The notes under the pieces were generated by a model that did not search any database, had not been told where the DNA came from, and saw only the letters and a program-made list of their open reading frames with translations. A stretch of DNA of 64,000 nucleotides, from contig OZ244207.1 in assembly GCA_965216875.1 (NCBI GenBank), positions 6,016,001-6,080,000 on the forward strand. Direction: 5' to 3'. A program made the translations under genes and the position numbers. This stretch comes from Rubripirellula sp. (GTDB lineage Bacteria; Planctomycetota; Planctomycetia; Pirellulales; Pirellulaceae). Shown piece after piece: positions 49,673 to 60,595 of the stretch (the first letter of the stretch is position 1; the number at the start of each line of letters is the position of its first letter).

Positions 49673-49782
49673 ACTCTCCCTTGGGAGAGTCGGGCTCTAA
49701 GGCCCGGAGAGGGTTTGTATGGACTATTCCCTCCCCGGACTTTGCGTCCGACCCTCCCGCAAGCGGGAGGGTGATTGTTGGA
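49673..49782 (+). repeat. Palindromic intergenic element, full-length copy
   Basis: ACTCTCCCTTGGGAGAGTCGGGCTCTAAGGCCCGGAGAGGG..CCCTCCCCGGACTTTGCGTCCGACCCTCCCGCAAGCGGGAGGGTGATTGTTGGA. Confidence 0.9.
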
Positions 49783-49834
49783 GCGCGCGTTCGCTAAAAC
49801 GCGCAGTTTTGAAGCCGAGTGGAAGCGCAATTGC

Positions 49835-51493
49835 CTATCGGGCGGGCGTTGGTGATGATTCAAGCAGTCGGATGATCAGAGGCAGCAACTGCTTCTTGCG
49901 ACTGACGACTTCATCAAGTTGATAGAGTTTGTCTTCGAGCTGCGGGTAGTTGATCTCTTCCCAACCCTCTGGTTCGCCGCTCATCAAGAGTAAGCTTCCG
50001 TTGCTCGCGATATCGGTCACGAGCAGTGCCGAGAACTCCAAGCGATGCTCATCAGCCAAACCGACCAACGCCTGCTCGAGTTCATCTTTACGTTGCCAGA
50101 ACAGATCGAAACCGATCTCTTCAATTTGCGATAACGAAAACCGACGACCGGTCTCGACAAACTCTTTACAGTCCTCGCGGACAACTTCTTCGGGCGTGCA
50201 AGATCGCAGTGCCGAGCCAACCTGGAAAAACTCGTTGGCGTACTCTTTCAAATCGACGTTGCAGTACTGCTGAAGCCACGCCAACAACTCACAATCGGTG
50301 TTGGTCGTCGTGGGCGAACGCAAGAAGAGCGTGTCGCTGATCATGCCCGAAGCCATGCACAAAGCGATCCCGGCGGTTGGCTCGATCTTGGCACGTTGAA
50401 ACATGCTGGCGACCAACGTGCAAGTGGAACCCACCGGTTCCATGTGCAAGCGAATGGGGTGACTTGAAGTGAGCGATCCACCGAGGCGATGGTGATCCAA
50501 AACCTCGACGATGTTCGCATCTTCGGCGCCTTGGACGGCTTGCGAAAGCTCGTTGTGGTCGACCAACACGATTTCACGTTTCGGCGGGTTCACCAAATCG
50601 CTTTTGCTAAGCACTCCGGTGAGTTTGCCACCATCGACGACGGGAAAGATCGTTTGCGGCGAACGAAACACCTGGCCACGGGCCGCTTCCACCGCCATTT
50701 TGGCTGGCAACGTGATGAAGTTTGGATCGATCACCGAGTCGATCAACTGTGCCGCTTTGATTCGCAGCGTTGTCGTTGCGGTATCAAACGGGCTGTTCAA
50801 GACAGCAACACCGCGGGCTTCGGCAAGCTGCATCAACCCGCTGCTGAGCTGATAGCCACCAGTGACCACCAGAGCGCGGACACCCATCTCGAGAGCTGGC
50901 AATTGAATGGTTGGCCGGTCGCCACTGACGACCAACAATCGATCCGCAGGAAACTCTTTAAGCCGCTCTGTAAAACCACCGGCGCTCATCGCACCCACGG
51001 TCACAATCAGATCTTCGTTGCGATCCGGCTCAATGGCATGCTGGAACGAACCATCAATCACCTCAACGATTTTGTCGAGGTTGCTGCGTACCTGCCGTGA
51101 CCGTGTTGGATCAACACCGCCTTGAAGCATCAGTTCAAGCAGATCCAACAGCGAAACGATGCCGACGATCTTGTCGTCGGCGTCAAGGACGGGGATCGAG
51201 CGGACTTCGTGCTCGTTCATCCGTTCATAGACTTCGTAGAAGACGTCCGAGTCGCGGGCGACAACGGGATTAGGATTGCAAACGTCTTCGATCTCGGGAC
51301 GGATGTCCATGATGATCTTGGGCGGTGCCAAGTTCGCACGTCGTAGCGCAAACTCGGTCCGCGCGTTGGGCGGACCACAGCATGCCGCTTCGGCATCGGG
51401 CCGAGTCGTGCGACGCAAAAAGTCGGCGTACGCCAAAGCGCTACAGATTGCGTCGGTGTCGGGGTTGCGGTGCCCAAAGACGGTGACAGTCAT
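49835..51493 (-). CDS. ppaC: Mn-dependent (family II) inorganic pyrophosphatase with CBS-DRTGG insert
   Basis: GHRNPDTDAICS, VDHNE, DHH, SDTL..SPT, SRKKQL. Confidence 0.93.
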   Translation of the reverse strand: MTVTVFGHRNPDTDAICSALAYADFLRRTTRPDAEAACCGPPNARTEFALRRANLAPPKIIMDIRPEIEDVCNPNPVVARDSDVFYEVYERMNEHEVRSIPVLDADDKIVGIVSLLDLLELMLQGGVDPTRSRQVRSNLDKIVEVIDGSFQHAIEPDRNEDLIVTVGAMSAGGFTERLKEFPADRLLVVSGDRPTIQLPALEMGVRALVVTGGYQLSSGLMQLAEARGVAVLNSPFDTATTTLRIKAAQLIDSVIDPNFITLPAKMAVEAARGQVFRSPQTIFPVVDGGKLTGVLSKSDLVNPPKREIVLVDHNELSQAVQGAEDANIVEVLDHHRLGGSLTSSHPIRLHMEPVGSTCTLVASMFQRAKIEPTAGIALCMASGMISDTLFLRSPTTTNTDCELLAWLQQYCNVDLKEYANEFFQVGSALRSCTPEEVVREDCKEFVETGRRFSLSQIEEIGFDLFWQRKDELEQALVGLADEHRLEFSALLVTDIASNGSLLLMSGEPEGWEEINYPQLEDKLYQLDEVVSRKKQLLPLIIRLLESSPTPAR

Positions 51494-51612
51494 GATGTCC
51501 GCTGGAAGTTACTCGGATTGGCGAGAAGAGTTTGTTGAAGGTTAGCAGTTTGCTACAGCTGCGCCATGTCGTCTATTCGTCTGCTACCGGCGGCCACTCC
51601 ACCATTTTCCTG

Positions 51613-52155
51613 TCACTTCATGATCTCGGTGGCGGCTGCGACAATTTGGTCCGGGTCACTCATCCGCCCCTCGCCTGCGGCGCGACAACTAAGCCAACCG
51701 CTCTCGGGGCCCACAAAGTGACACCCGTCTTCGCGCAATTGGTCAAGGTTTCGTTGGACCGAAGGCTTGGCCCACATCACGTCGCTCATCGCAGGTGCGA
51801 GCAAAACGGGGCAGCGCACTTGCAGGTACGTTGTGCTTACCAAGTCGTCGGCAACACCCCCAGCAAACTTGGCCATCAGGTTTGCGGTCGCTGGCGCAAC
51901 AAGCATTAGGTCGGCGTCGTCCGCCAGCTCGATATGGGCGCCCAGTGGCAGATGGTTTTCAAAGACTTGGGTTGCGACCGGTTTGCCCGAGAGCGCGGCA
52001 AAGGTGGGAGGCCCCACGAATTCGATGGCGGCCTTGGTCATCGCAACGCGCACGTCAAAGCCGGCTTGGACAAGGCGGCTGCAAACGATTGCTGATTTGT
52101 AGGCGGCAATACCGCCCCCGACGGCGAGCAGAATCGCCCGCCCTTGCTGGCTCAT
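51613..52155 (-). CDS. coaC: Phosphopantothenoylcysteine decarboxylase (stand-alone CoaC flavoprotein)
   Basis: GGIAAYKS, HIELA, APATAN, APAM, GWLSC..GEGRM; directly follows gmk-rpoZ. Confidence 0.85.
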   Translation of the reverse strand: MSQQGRAILLAVGGGIAAYKSAIVCSRLVQAGFDVRVAMTKAAIEFVGPPTFAALSGKPVATQVFENHLPLGAHIELADDADLMLVAPATANLMAKFAGGVADDLVSTTYLQVRCPVLLAPAMSDVMWAKPSVQRNLDQLREDGCHFVGPESGWLSCRAAGEGRMSDPDQIVAAATEIMK

Positions 52156-52424
52156 AGATCCGAAGCGTCCAGTTCCGGTCCTTCCGCAGCGGCGATGGTC
52201 GCATCCAAGTCGGCCACCGCTTGAACTTCGTTGTCCATGTTCAACATGATTTTGTCCTGCATGATTTCCTGCAGAACAATCGACATCTTGTCGTGCGTGT
52301 CAACGTTAACCAGGGCGCGGCTACCTTGATTGAGCTGAACCAAGCGCTTTTGAATCAGCGTGCTTAGCTTAAAGCGGCCACCGACCTTGTTAACGATCTC
52401 TTCTTCTTTTAGCTCTTCGAGCAT
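52152..52424 (-). CDS. rpoZ: RNA polymerase omega subunit
   Basis: KVGGRFKLSTLIQKRLVQL; position between gmk and coaC. Confidence 0.85.
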   Translation of the reverse strand: MLEELKEEEIVNKVGGRFKLSTLIQKRLVQLNQGSRALVNVDTHDKMSIVLQEIMQDKIMLNMDNEVQAVADLDATIAAAEGPELDASDL

Positions 52425-53011
52425 GAATGTCTTTCCTCTTGGTCTTCCAAAATCTGGCAGATCTCGGCAACCGCCGTTTCTACCGACCCATTGATGATTT
52501 GATACTGATATCGATGCATGTACCGCATCTCGGCACACGCCGTTTCCAGCCGGCGGGTGATCGACTCCTCCGTCTCAGAGCCTCGGGAGCGGAGCCGACG
52601 TTCCAATTCTTCCATCCCGCCCGGATCGATGAAGAGAGTGATGGGGGTGAACTCTTCATTTTCCAGGACATCCATTGCGCCTTGGACGTCGATCTCCAAA
52701 ATAACCCACCGACCCGCAGCTAGACCAGAGGCAACTTGCTCGCGAAGGGTTCCATACCAATGTCCTTGGCTGAAAACTTCCTTGCATTCAAGGAATTCGC
52801 CCGCGTCTTTGCGCTGTGCAAATTCGTCGTGAGTGAGGAAATGGTAGTGTTTTCCGTCGATTTCGCCGTCGCGGGGCGACCGCGTGGTGGCCGACACACT
52901 CAAACAGAGCGGCAGCTCACAATCTTCGAGCAATTTTCGCACCACCGTCGATTTTCCGGCTCCACTGGGGCCCGAAATGATGATCAGATGGCCTGGTTTG
53001 TCAGTGCTCAT
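52409..53011 (-). CDS. gmk: Guanylate kinase
   Basis: SGPSGAGKST, SATTRSPR, YGT, LEIDVQGA. Confidence 0.97.
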   Translation of the reverse strand: MSTDKPGHLIIISGPSGAGKSTVVRKLLEDCELPLCLSVSATTRSPRDGEIDGKHYHFLTHDEFAQRKDAGEFLECKEVFSQGHWYGTLREQVASGLAAGRWVILEIDVQGAMDVLENEEFTPITLFIDPGGMEELERRLRSRGSETEESITRRLETACAEMRYMHRYQYQIINGSVETAVAEICQILEDQEERHSCSKS

Positions 53012-53092
53012 GCCCTCCCCCTCTCTGGTGGATCCGGCGATTGGATGTCTTGTTTTATTTGTTTGAGCACCAAAATCGAGTGATCGCGAAGA

Positions 53093-54019
53093 TCACTCCA
53101 GATTCTGGACAAGTTCTCGCATCCGTTCAATTGCACATTTGATTTCAACCACTTCGGCCGACACATCCGCATCCGCCGCTTTGCTACCAATCGTATTGGT
53201 CTCGCGAAACATCTCTTGAATAACGAAGTCTAGCTTACGACCGGTTGGCTCTCGCTGGTCGCCCTTGTCACCGCTGCCGGCGAGCACCGAGGCAAACATC
53301 TTGAGGTGACTTTCGAGCCGCGTGATCTCTTCGCTGACGTCGGACCGGTCTGCAAAAATCTGGACTTCGCGGAGCAGGTCGACTGCCTGGACTTCGATTT
53401 TGTGTTCTTCAAGGGCGCGACGAATCTTGGTTTCGAGGCGCGTTCGATAGACGTCAACGCACCGCGGAGCCAAGGTGCTAATCGAAGTCAACCGAGTCCG
53501 AATCTGGTCGCAATCGGCCATCAACGACTCGGCCATATGGGCACCTTCGACAGCGCGCATCTCATTCAGATTGCCGATCGCATCGGTGATCACCTTGCTG
53601 ACGAACTGCCAAACCTGATCGCCATCGCGTCGCTCTTCCCGAGCCCCCGCGATCACACCTGGCAATGTCATCATCGCCGCCAGATCGATGGTCGTGGATG
53701 CTTCACCAACGGCCGACTGAACTTGTTTGAGTTGTCGACAGTAACCTTCAAGCAATTCGTGGTCGATGTTGGGCAAGTTGTCGCCGCTCGGGCGACGCCA
53801 ATGCACCGACAGTTGAACCGTCCCACGATGAATCAACGAACGCGCAAGCGTCTCGATTCGATTCTCGAGGAACGCAAGTGAATCGCTAAGCCTGGCGACG
53901 CACTTGAAGCCACGGTTGTTGACCGTCCGCAATTCGACCGACACGCGGCCGAGTTCACCTTCCCCAGTTGCATGACCCTGGCCGGTCATGCTGCGAACAT
54001 TGCTAAAGTCTTGGCCCAT
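53093..54019 (-). CDS. YicC/YloC family endoribonuclease
   Basis: RSMTG, RTVNNR, DVSEEITRL, GRKLDFVIQEMFRETNTIGSK, REL..NLE. Confidence 0.95.
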   Translation of the reverse strand: MGQDFSNVRSMTGQGHATGEGELGRVSVELRTVNNRGFKCVARLSDSLAFLENRIETLARSLIHRGTVQLSVHWRRPSGDNLPNIDHELLEGYCRQLKQVQSAVGEASTTIDLAAMMTLPGVIAGAREERRDGDQVWQFVSKVITDAIGNLNEMRAVEGAHMAESLMADCDQIRTRLTSISTLAPRCVDVYRTRLETKIRRALEEHKIEVQAVDLLREVQIFADRSDVSEEITRLESHLKMFASVLAGSGDKGDQREPTGRKLDFVIQEMFRETNTIGSKAADADVSAEVVEIKCAIERMRELVQNLE

Positions 54020-54025
54020 CGGCGA

Positions 54026-54601
54026 CTACTTGTCGTCCGTTTCTTCAGAGGTGTCCGAATCGGCGGCGGCGTTGTCGGCTGCTGCTTCATCGCCACCTGT
54101 TTCATCACCGCCTTCGGCATCGTCGCTACTGCCTTCGGCGTCATCGCTCGAAGCGTCGGCACTTTCACCGGAGTCAGCGTCGTCATCTGAGCCGCCAAGT
54201 TCGGCCGAAGGGGTGTCACCACCAAGGCTCGTGTCGCCGCCCAGCCCTAATCCGCCTGGCGATAGATCAAGTGCATTGGTGTCTTGAGCTTTTTCATCAC
54301 CAGGGCCTGCGGTCATGTTCGGCTTTTTGGAGATCGGGGCTGCGTGCGTGCCTTCTTTCCACATGGCAAATGCACAAGTGAAACCCCACAACGCTGCCAC
54401 CACGATGGTGATGTAGGTGAACGTGTCGCCTGCTTTGGATCCGAACGCGCTCTGACCACCAGGTCCGCCCAAGGCTCCAGTCAATCCGCCACCTTTGCCG
54501 CGCTGAATCAGGATCAGCATGATCAAGAAGACGGAAAGAAAAAGCATCAACAAGCCAAGCATTGCATTGGCGATCGATCCGAGAAAGAAGAGACTCATCA
54601 T
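54026..54601 (-). CDS. secG: Preprotein translocase subunit SecG with a long acidic tail
   Basis: LILIQRGKGGGL..SAFGSKAGD; follows tpiA. Confidence 0.92.
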   Translation of the reverse strand: MMSLFFLGSIANAMLGLLMLFLSVFLIMLILIQRGKGGGLTGALGGPGGQSAFGSKAGDTFTYITIVVAALWGFTCAFAMWKEGTHAAPISKKPNMTAGPGDEKAQDTNALDLSPGGLGLGGDTSLGGDTPSAELGGSDDDADSGESADASSDDAEGSSDDAEGGDETGGDEAAADNAAADSDTSEETDDK

Positions 54602-54647
54602 CTTTTCCAGTACGTTTCAGTGCTTTCGTTTAATCGGTTCTATTTGC

Positions 54648-55403
54648 TCAGGAAGCCGCGATGATGCCTGCAAAGTCTTCAGCTTTGAGACTTGCGCCGC
54701 CCACCAAGGCTCCATCGATATTCGGCTGGCCCATCAATTCCTTGGCGTTGCCAGGTTTGACGCTACCGCCGTATTGAATGCGAATCTGGGCTGCGACATC
54801 GTCACCGAACAATTCACCCAGCAATTTGCGGATAAACGCGTGAACTTCTTCGGCTTGCTCGGGGCTTGCAGTCTTGCCCGTTCCGATCGCCCAGACCGGT
54901 TCGTACGCGATCACCAAACCGGCTGCGCGAGCTTCGTCGAGGTCGGCGAGCGAACCGCGAATCTGCGTCTCGACCACCTTTTCCGTGTTGCCCGCTTCGC
55001 GGTCCTCGAGCGTTTCTCCCACGCAAACGATGGGAACGAGGTTCCCGGCGAACGCTGCATGTAGCTTTGCGTTCACATCGGCGTCGGTTTCGCCCATCAA
55101 GGCGCGACGTTCGCTGTGTCCAAGGATGACGTAGCGACATCCGACATCGGTCAACATGCCCGCGTTGACTTCACCGGTGAAGGCTCCGTCGTCAGCGGCG
55201 TAAAGGTTCTGTGCTCCCAGCTCGACTGGGGTCCCGGCAACCGCTTCAGCAACGTCTGATAGGTAGACGCTTGGCGGGCAAAGAGCAATGTCGACACTCG
55301 GTTCATCGCCAGCAGCAGCAACAACGCCGCTGGCCAAATCAACAGCGCCACTGCGGCGCGTGTTCATCTTCCAGTTACCAGCAATCAAAAGTCGGCGAGT
55401 CAA
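54648..55403 (-). CDS. tpiA: Triosephosphate isomerase
   Basis: [36 protein letters not shown]. Confidence 0.98.
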   Translation of the reverse strand: MTRRLLIAGNWKMNTRRSGAVDLASGVVAAAGDEPSVDIALCPPSVYLSDVAEAVAGTPVELGAQNLYAADDGAFTGEVNAGMLTDVGCRYVILGHSERRALMGETDADVNAKLHAAFAGNLVPIVCVGETLEDREAGNTEKVVETQIRGSLADLDEARAAGLVIAYEPVWAIGTGKTASPEQAEEVHAFIRKLLGELFGDDVAAQIRIQYGGSVKPGNAKELMGQPNIDGALVGGASLKAEDFAGIIAAS

Positions 55404-56437
55404 GCTTCGGTCTCCGGACGCGGTGAAATGGTTTTTCCAAGGAGTTTGGCCAACCCATTCATTTGGGCGACCAGTTCATCGTATTGATTTGGTAGCAGTG
55501 CTTGCGGCCCGTCGCTCTTGGCTTCCTCGGGGCAATCGTGCACTTCGATATGGACGCCGTCGGCGCCCGCAGCCAAGCCGGCCATGGCACAGGCAGGAAT
55601 ACAGTCGGGTCGACCGGTCGCGTGGGACGGGTCAACGATGATTGGCAAGTGAGTCAGCGTGCGAACGACTGGCACGGCTGCGACATCAAACAGGTTGCGG
55701 GTCGCTGCATCGAAACTCTTGATGCCCCGTTCGCAAAGGATCACGTTCGCATTGCCTTGCGAAAGCACGTACTCGGCACTCATCAACAAGTCTTTGATCG
55801 TTGCACTCATGCCACGCTTAAGCAGCACGGGCCGATTCGACTTGCCAACTTCCGACAGCAACACAAAGTTTTGCATGTTGCGTGCGCCGACTTGCAACAT
55901 ATCGGCATACTGCGAAACGAGGTCGACGCAGCGAGGATCGGTCACTTCCGTGACGACGGGGACATTGAATGTGTCGCCTACCTCGCGAAGGATCTTCAAA
56001 CCCTCTTCGCCAAGTCCTTGGAACGCATAGGGGCTGGTCCGTGGTTTGAACGCTCCACCGCGAAACAGGTTGGCGCCCGATTTGCAAACCGCTTCGCCAA
56101 TGCGAAGCATGCGATCGCGGTCTTCGACGCTGCACGGTCCGGCAATCATGCCGAGGTTGCCGCCACCGATCTTGACGCCGGAAACGTCGACCACGCTCGG
56201 TTCGGGATGAGCATCGAGTGATGCCAACTTATAGGGAGGCAGCACGGGAACGACTTGCGCAACCCCAGGAATCGCTTTGAGCGGCTCCTCTTGTAGCTTT
56301 TCCTCGTCACCGATGATGCCAACGATGGTTCGGTAGGTGCCACGGCTGAGGTGGTGTTGCAGGCCGAGCGCCTCGACACGCTGGAGGACGTGGTCGATCT
56401 GCTCATCCGTGGCTTGGCTCTTCAGGATCAGGATCAC
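55400..56437 (-). CDS. aroF: DAHP synthase (type I-beta, N-terminal regulatory domain)
   Basis: [41 protein letters not shown] start at 56437 inferred. Confidence 0.93.
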   Translation of the reverse strand: MILILKSQATDEQIDHVLQRVEALGLQHHLSRGTYRTIVGIIGDEEKLQEEPLKAIPGVAQVVPVLPPYKLASLDAHPEPSVVDVSGVKIGGGNLGMIAGPCSVEDRDRMLRIGEAVCKSGANLFRGGAFKPRTSPYAFQGLGEEGLKILREVGDTFNVPVVTEVTDPRCVDLVSQYADMLQVGARNMQNFVLLSEVGKSNRPVLLKRGMSATIKDLLMSAEYVLSQGNANVILCERGIKSFDAATRNLFDVAAVPVVRTLTHLPIIVDPSHATGRPDCIPACAMAGLAAGADGVHIEVHDCPEEAKSDGPQALLPNQYDELVAQMNGLAKLLGKTISPRPETEA

Positions 56438-56821
56438 GGTGAGCGCACTTACTGGGGGTTGGGAATGCTTTGTATGAGATGGACGGGGCCAGTGAGATCC
56501 AACAGGCCGGGGCAAGACAGGGGGCACAACCTCGGGAGATTTCCGGGTTCAGCCGCAGAGTCTTCGTTATTGCCAAAATTAGGCAAGTCGGGCAATGTAA
56601 CAGCCGATGGCCAAGATCGTCGAGGCCAATGGACAGCTGTCTGGTACATTGGCGACGAATCGGGATGAAGAATTGCCGTTTGGGTCGTGTTCGGGCCGTT
56701 CCGGACCTGCTGGAACGAGTCTTCGGGGTCAGTCGAGCCTTCGGGGTCAGCACCCGGGCGAATCGCACCAGTGGAACTGGGCCAGTCACACCAAACGACG
56801 CGAAAAAGGGAGTCTTCGACG

Positions 56822-58117
56822 TTGCACATCAACCTGCTGAGCGGTCTCCTCGACGGTGGAGCGGCCAACGCAGCCAAACAGCTTCTGCGTGGCCTCAAAA
56901 AGCAGGGCGTCTCCTGTCGTCTCTATTACCCACCCAAACTGAAGGTCTCATCCAGCCCTCCAGAGGACGCCTATCCGGCGAAATGGCGAAATCGCCGCGG
57001 CTGGGGCGGCGTCGGTGACTATGTCCGTTTTCGGATCCACCGAACCGACTTTAAGAAGAAGGTCCGCGGTCGCCCCAAAGGCAACGAGATCTTCACCTCC
57101 CCCCGCGGTGCCCCACAAACACTTTGGCCACCGTCGAACCACTCGCACGCCGCGGATGACATCCTGCACCTCCATTGGGTGGCAAAATTCATCGACTACC
57201 CAACGTTCTTTGGCTCGCTGCCCCCCGAACTTCCGGTGGTTTGGACGTTGCACGATATGAACCCGTTTACCGGTGGATGCCATTTCGCCGACCACTGCGA
57301 ACGTTTTCGCAACGGCTGTGGCGACTGCCCTCAACTGCCGCAGTCGGCACCAAACGATATCTCCAGTCAGATCTTTGAAACCAAACGAAACGCCCTCTCG
57401 GGTGTGAATCTGCACGTGGTTGCCGCCAGTCGATGGATGCTGGAAAAAGCGAAAAGCAGCCCGATCTTCGGTGCTGCAAAGTCGTTTCAGCGAATCCCTT
57501 ACGGCTTGAGACTGGATGACTACACGCCGATTCCCCAGGCCCAAGCTCGCGCCGAACTCGGACTCGACCCAAACGCATTCATCTTTTCGTTCGGTGCGGT
57601 CGATATCGAAAACCGGCGAAAAGGAATGTGTCTCTTGCTGGATGGACTTCAAAAGGTCGCCGACCTCGAGAATGTCCAGGGTTTGGTGATGGGCGGCGGC
57701 GACCTGCCGAACATCGATACACCTCTACCGAAACTCAAATCGATGGGATTTGTTCGCGAAGTCGAAAAGCGAGTGCAAATCTATTCGGCGTGCGACGTCT
57801 TTGTACTTCCCTCGACCGAGGACAACATGCCGCTGACGGGGCTCGAAGCGCTCGCCAGCGGAACGGCGGTGGTCGGATTCGATGCCGGCGGCGTGCCCGA
57901 TTTCGTCCGACCTGACCAAACGGGACTGCTTGCCGAGTGCTTTGACGCTGCTGGACTAGGCGAACAGATCCGAAGACTTCACGACCATCGAGACGAAGCG
58001 GCACGGATGGGCCGGGTCGCAAGACAAGTGATCGAAGACGAATATGCCGACACACGCGAAGCGACTGACTACACCCATCTCTACCAGCGACTACTCTCAG
58101 AGAGCGGAAACCAATAA
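56822..58117 (+). CDS. Glycosyltransferase family 4 (WcaC-like)
   Basis: GGAANAA, LHLHW, WTLHDM..TGGCH, EDNMP..EA; TTG start after GGGAG inferred (tracked ORF begins at 56687). Confidence 0.88.
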   Translation: MHINLLSGLLDGGAANAAKQLLRGLKKQGVSCRLYYPPKLKVSSSPPEDAYPAKWRNRRGWGGVGDYVRFRIHRTDFKKKVRGRPKGNEIFTSPRGAPQTLWPPSNHSHAADDILHLHWVAKFIDYPTFFGSLPPELPVVWTLHDMNPFTGGCHFADHCERFRNGCGDCPQLPQSAPNDISSQIFETKRNALSGVNLHVVAASRWMLEKAKSSPIFGAAKSFQRIPYGLRLDDYTPIPQAQARAELGLDPNAFIFSFGAVDIENRRKGMCLLLDGLQKVADLENVQGLVMGGGDLPNIDTPLPKLKSMGFVREVEKRVQIYSACDVFVLPSTEDNMPLTGLEALASGTAVVGFDAGGVPDFVRPDQTGLLAECFDAAGLGEQIRRLHDHRDEAARMGRVARQVIEDEYADTREATDYTHLYQRLLSESGNQ

Positions 58118-58184
58118 CGCTCACCCAGCCGCTTGAGAACGAGCTGCCTGAGAAATCCCGTCATCTCTTATCCAGTCAGACACG

Positions 58185-58574
58185 ATGAACCAAAAGCCTC
58201 CCTCCGATCCCTCGGGTCCCAAGGTGCCGCCGCAAGTCGCTCGCCCTGTCGACAAGAGTCAGATCCAACAATTCGTGACGACGATCAAGAATGCCGAGCA
58301 ACAGGTTGGCGAACACATCATTAGCGCGCTTCAGCATCCAGGAACGGTCGCAGTGCTCACGACCGCGGTCGTCGGGCCGGACGGCCAACAGCGAGTGATT
58401 TCCGCGGCACTCGATCCGCAAAAGCTCAAGCTGGTCCAAGAAATCTTGACCGACGCCCAAAACGAACGTGTCGAAGAAGAGCCCTGCGTCGGCTTTCACT
58501 GCCTGGTCACCCCCAAAGAGCCCGCCGAAGCGGAAGAGCCAGACTCGAGCGCAGATCCCCCGAGTGGTTCCTAG
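58185..58574 (+). CDS. Hypothetical protein
   Basis: 129-aa ORF in a gene-sized gap with plausible composition and a PCVGFHC motif. Confidence 0.65.
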   Translation: MNQKPPSDPSGPKVPPQVARPVDKSQIQQFVTTIKNAEQQVGEHIISALQHPGTVAVLTTAVVGPDGQQRVISAALDPQKLKLVQEILTDAQNERVEEEPCVGFHCLVTPKEPAEAEEPDSSADPPSGS

Positions 58575-58782
58575 CTGCAGAGTGCGAAAGCCGGTTCGGC
58601 CCGCAATCTGCTTGCAAAGCGAATCGTCGTCGCGCATCACGCTCGCCAGTTCGAGTAGCTAAAATAACAGTCCCCCGGACTTGTTACGCCTGCCGGCCCA
58701 ACCGTCGACAACACATCGACCAGGTCCATCGGCACGCCACCACACCCACCGATAGTCCCTCACACCCACCTAAAGGATTTCG

Positions 58783-60159
<1,377 letters not shown>

Positions 60160-60183
60160 TCCCACCTTCATGACGCATTTTCG

Positions 60184-60217
60184 AAACGCCGGCTTGGACT
60201 CAAGCCGGCGTTTTTTT
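60184..60217 (+). terminator. Rho-independent terminator
   Basis: AAACGCCGGCTTG-GACT-CAAGCCGGCG-TTTTTTT. Confidence 0.9.
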
Positions 60218-60595
60218 GCGCCTGCGTGCGAGCATTCTGCTGGACCCGCCGCCGCAATGGAATGAGTGGCCACCCCCTCAAATTAACCCGCGCAACCTGC
60301 ACATCCAACACAGGCCAACGCAACCGCGATGACGCCTACATGTAGTCACCGCATCTTCATCAACCTGCGGGGCCTTCTCAAGCTAAGAGTTTCCTAAGGC
60401 ATCCTGCAGACCTTCATGGGCAGTGAAGGAAAAACAGGCGTTCAATCGCCGCTGGATCGCCGCACAATTTGGGGCAGCATGCATGCTGAGGCTTGCATAC
60501 ACAGCGATCACACTCCTCTTTCCCACGGCAGCTACCAGTGGGATCGCTCGGAGTCTGTCTGCACCTCACCTCCCAACACTTCCTGGGAGGCGTTC

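Noticed and set aside
56716..56751. Two tandem 18-bp units (CGAGYCTTCGGGGTCAG) upstream of the GT4 gene
   Set aside because: Only two copies and not seen elsewhere; a local duplication is sufficient explanation
60416..60595. 60-aa N-terminal extension of the histidine kinase, or a riboswitch in its leader
   Set aside because: There is a strong GGAGG RBS before ATG 60596, and no riboswitch consensus was recognised
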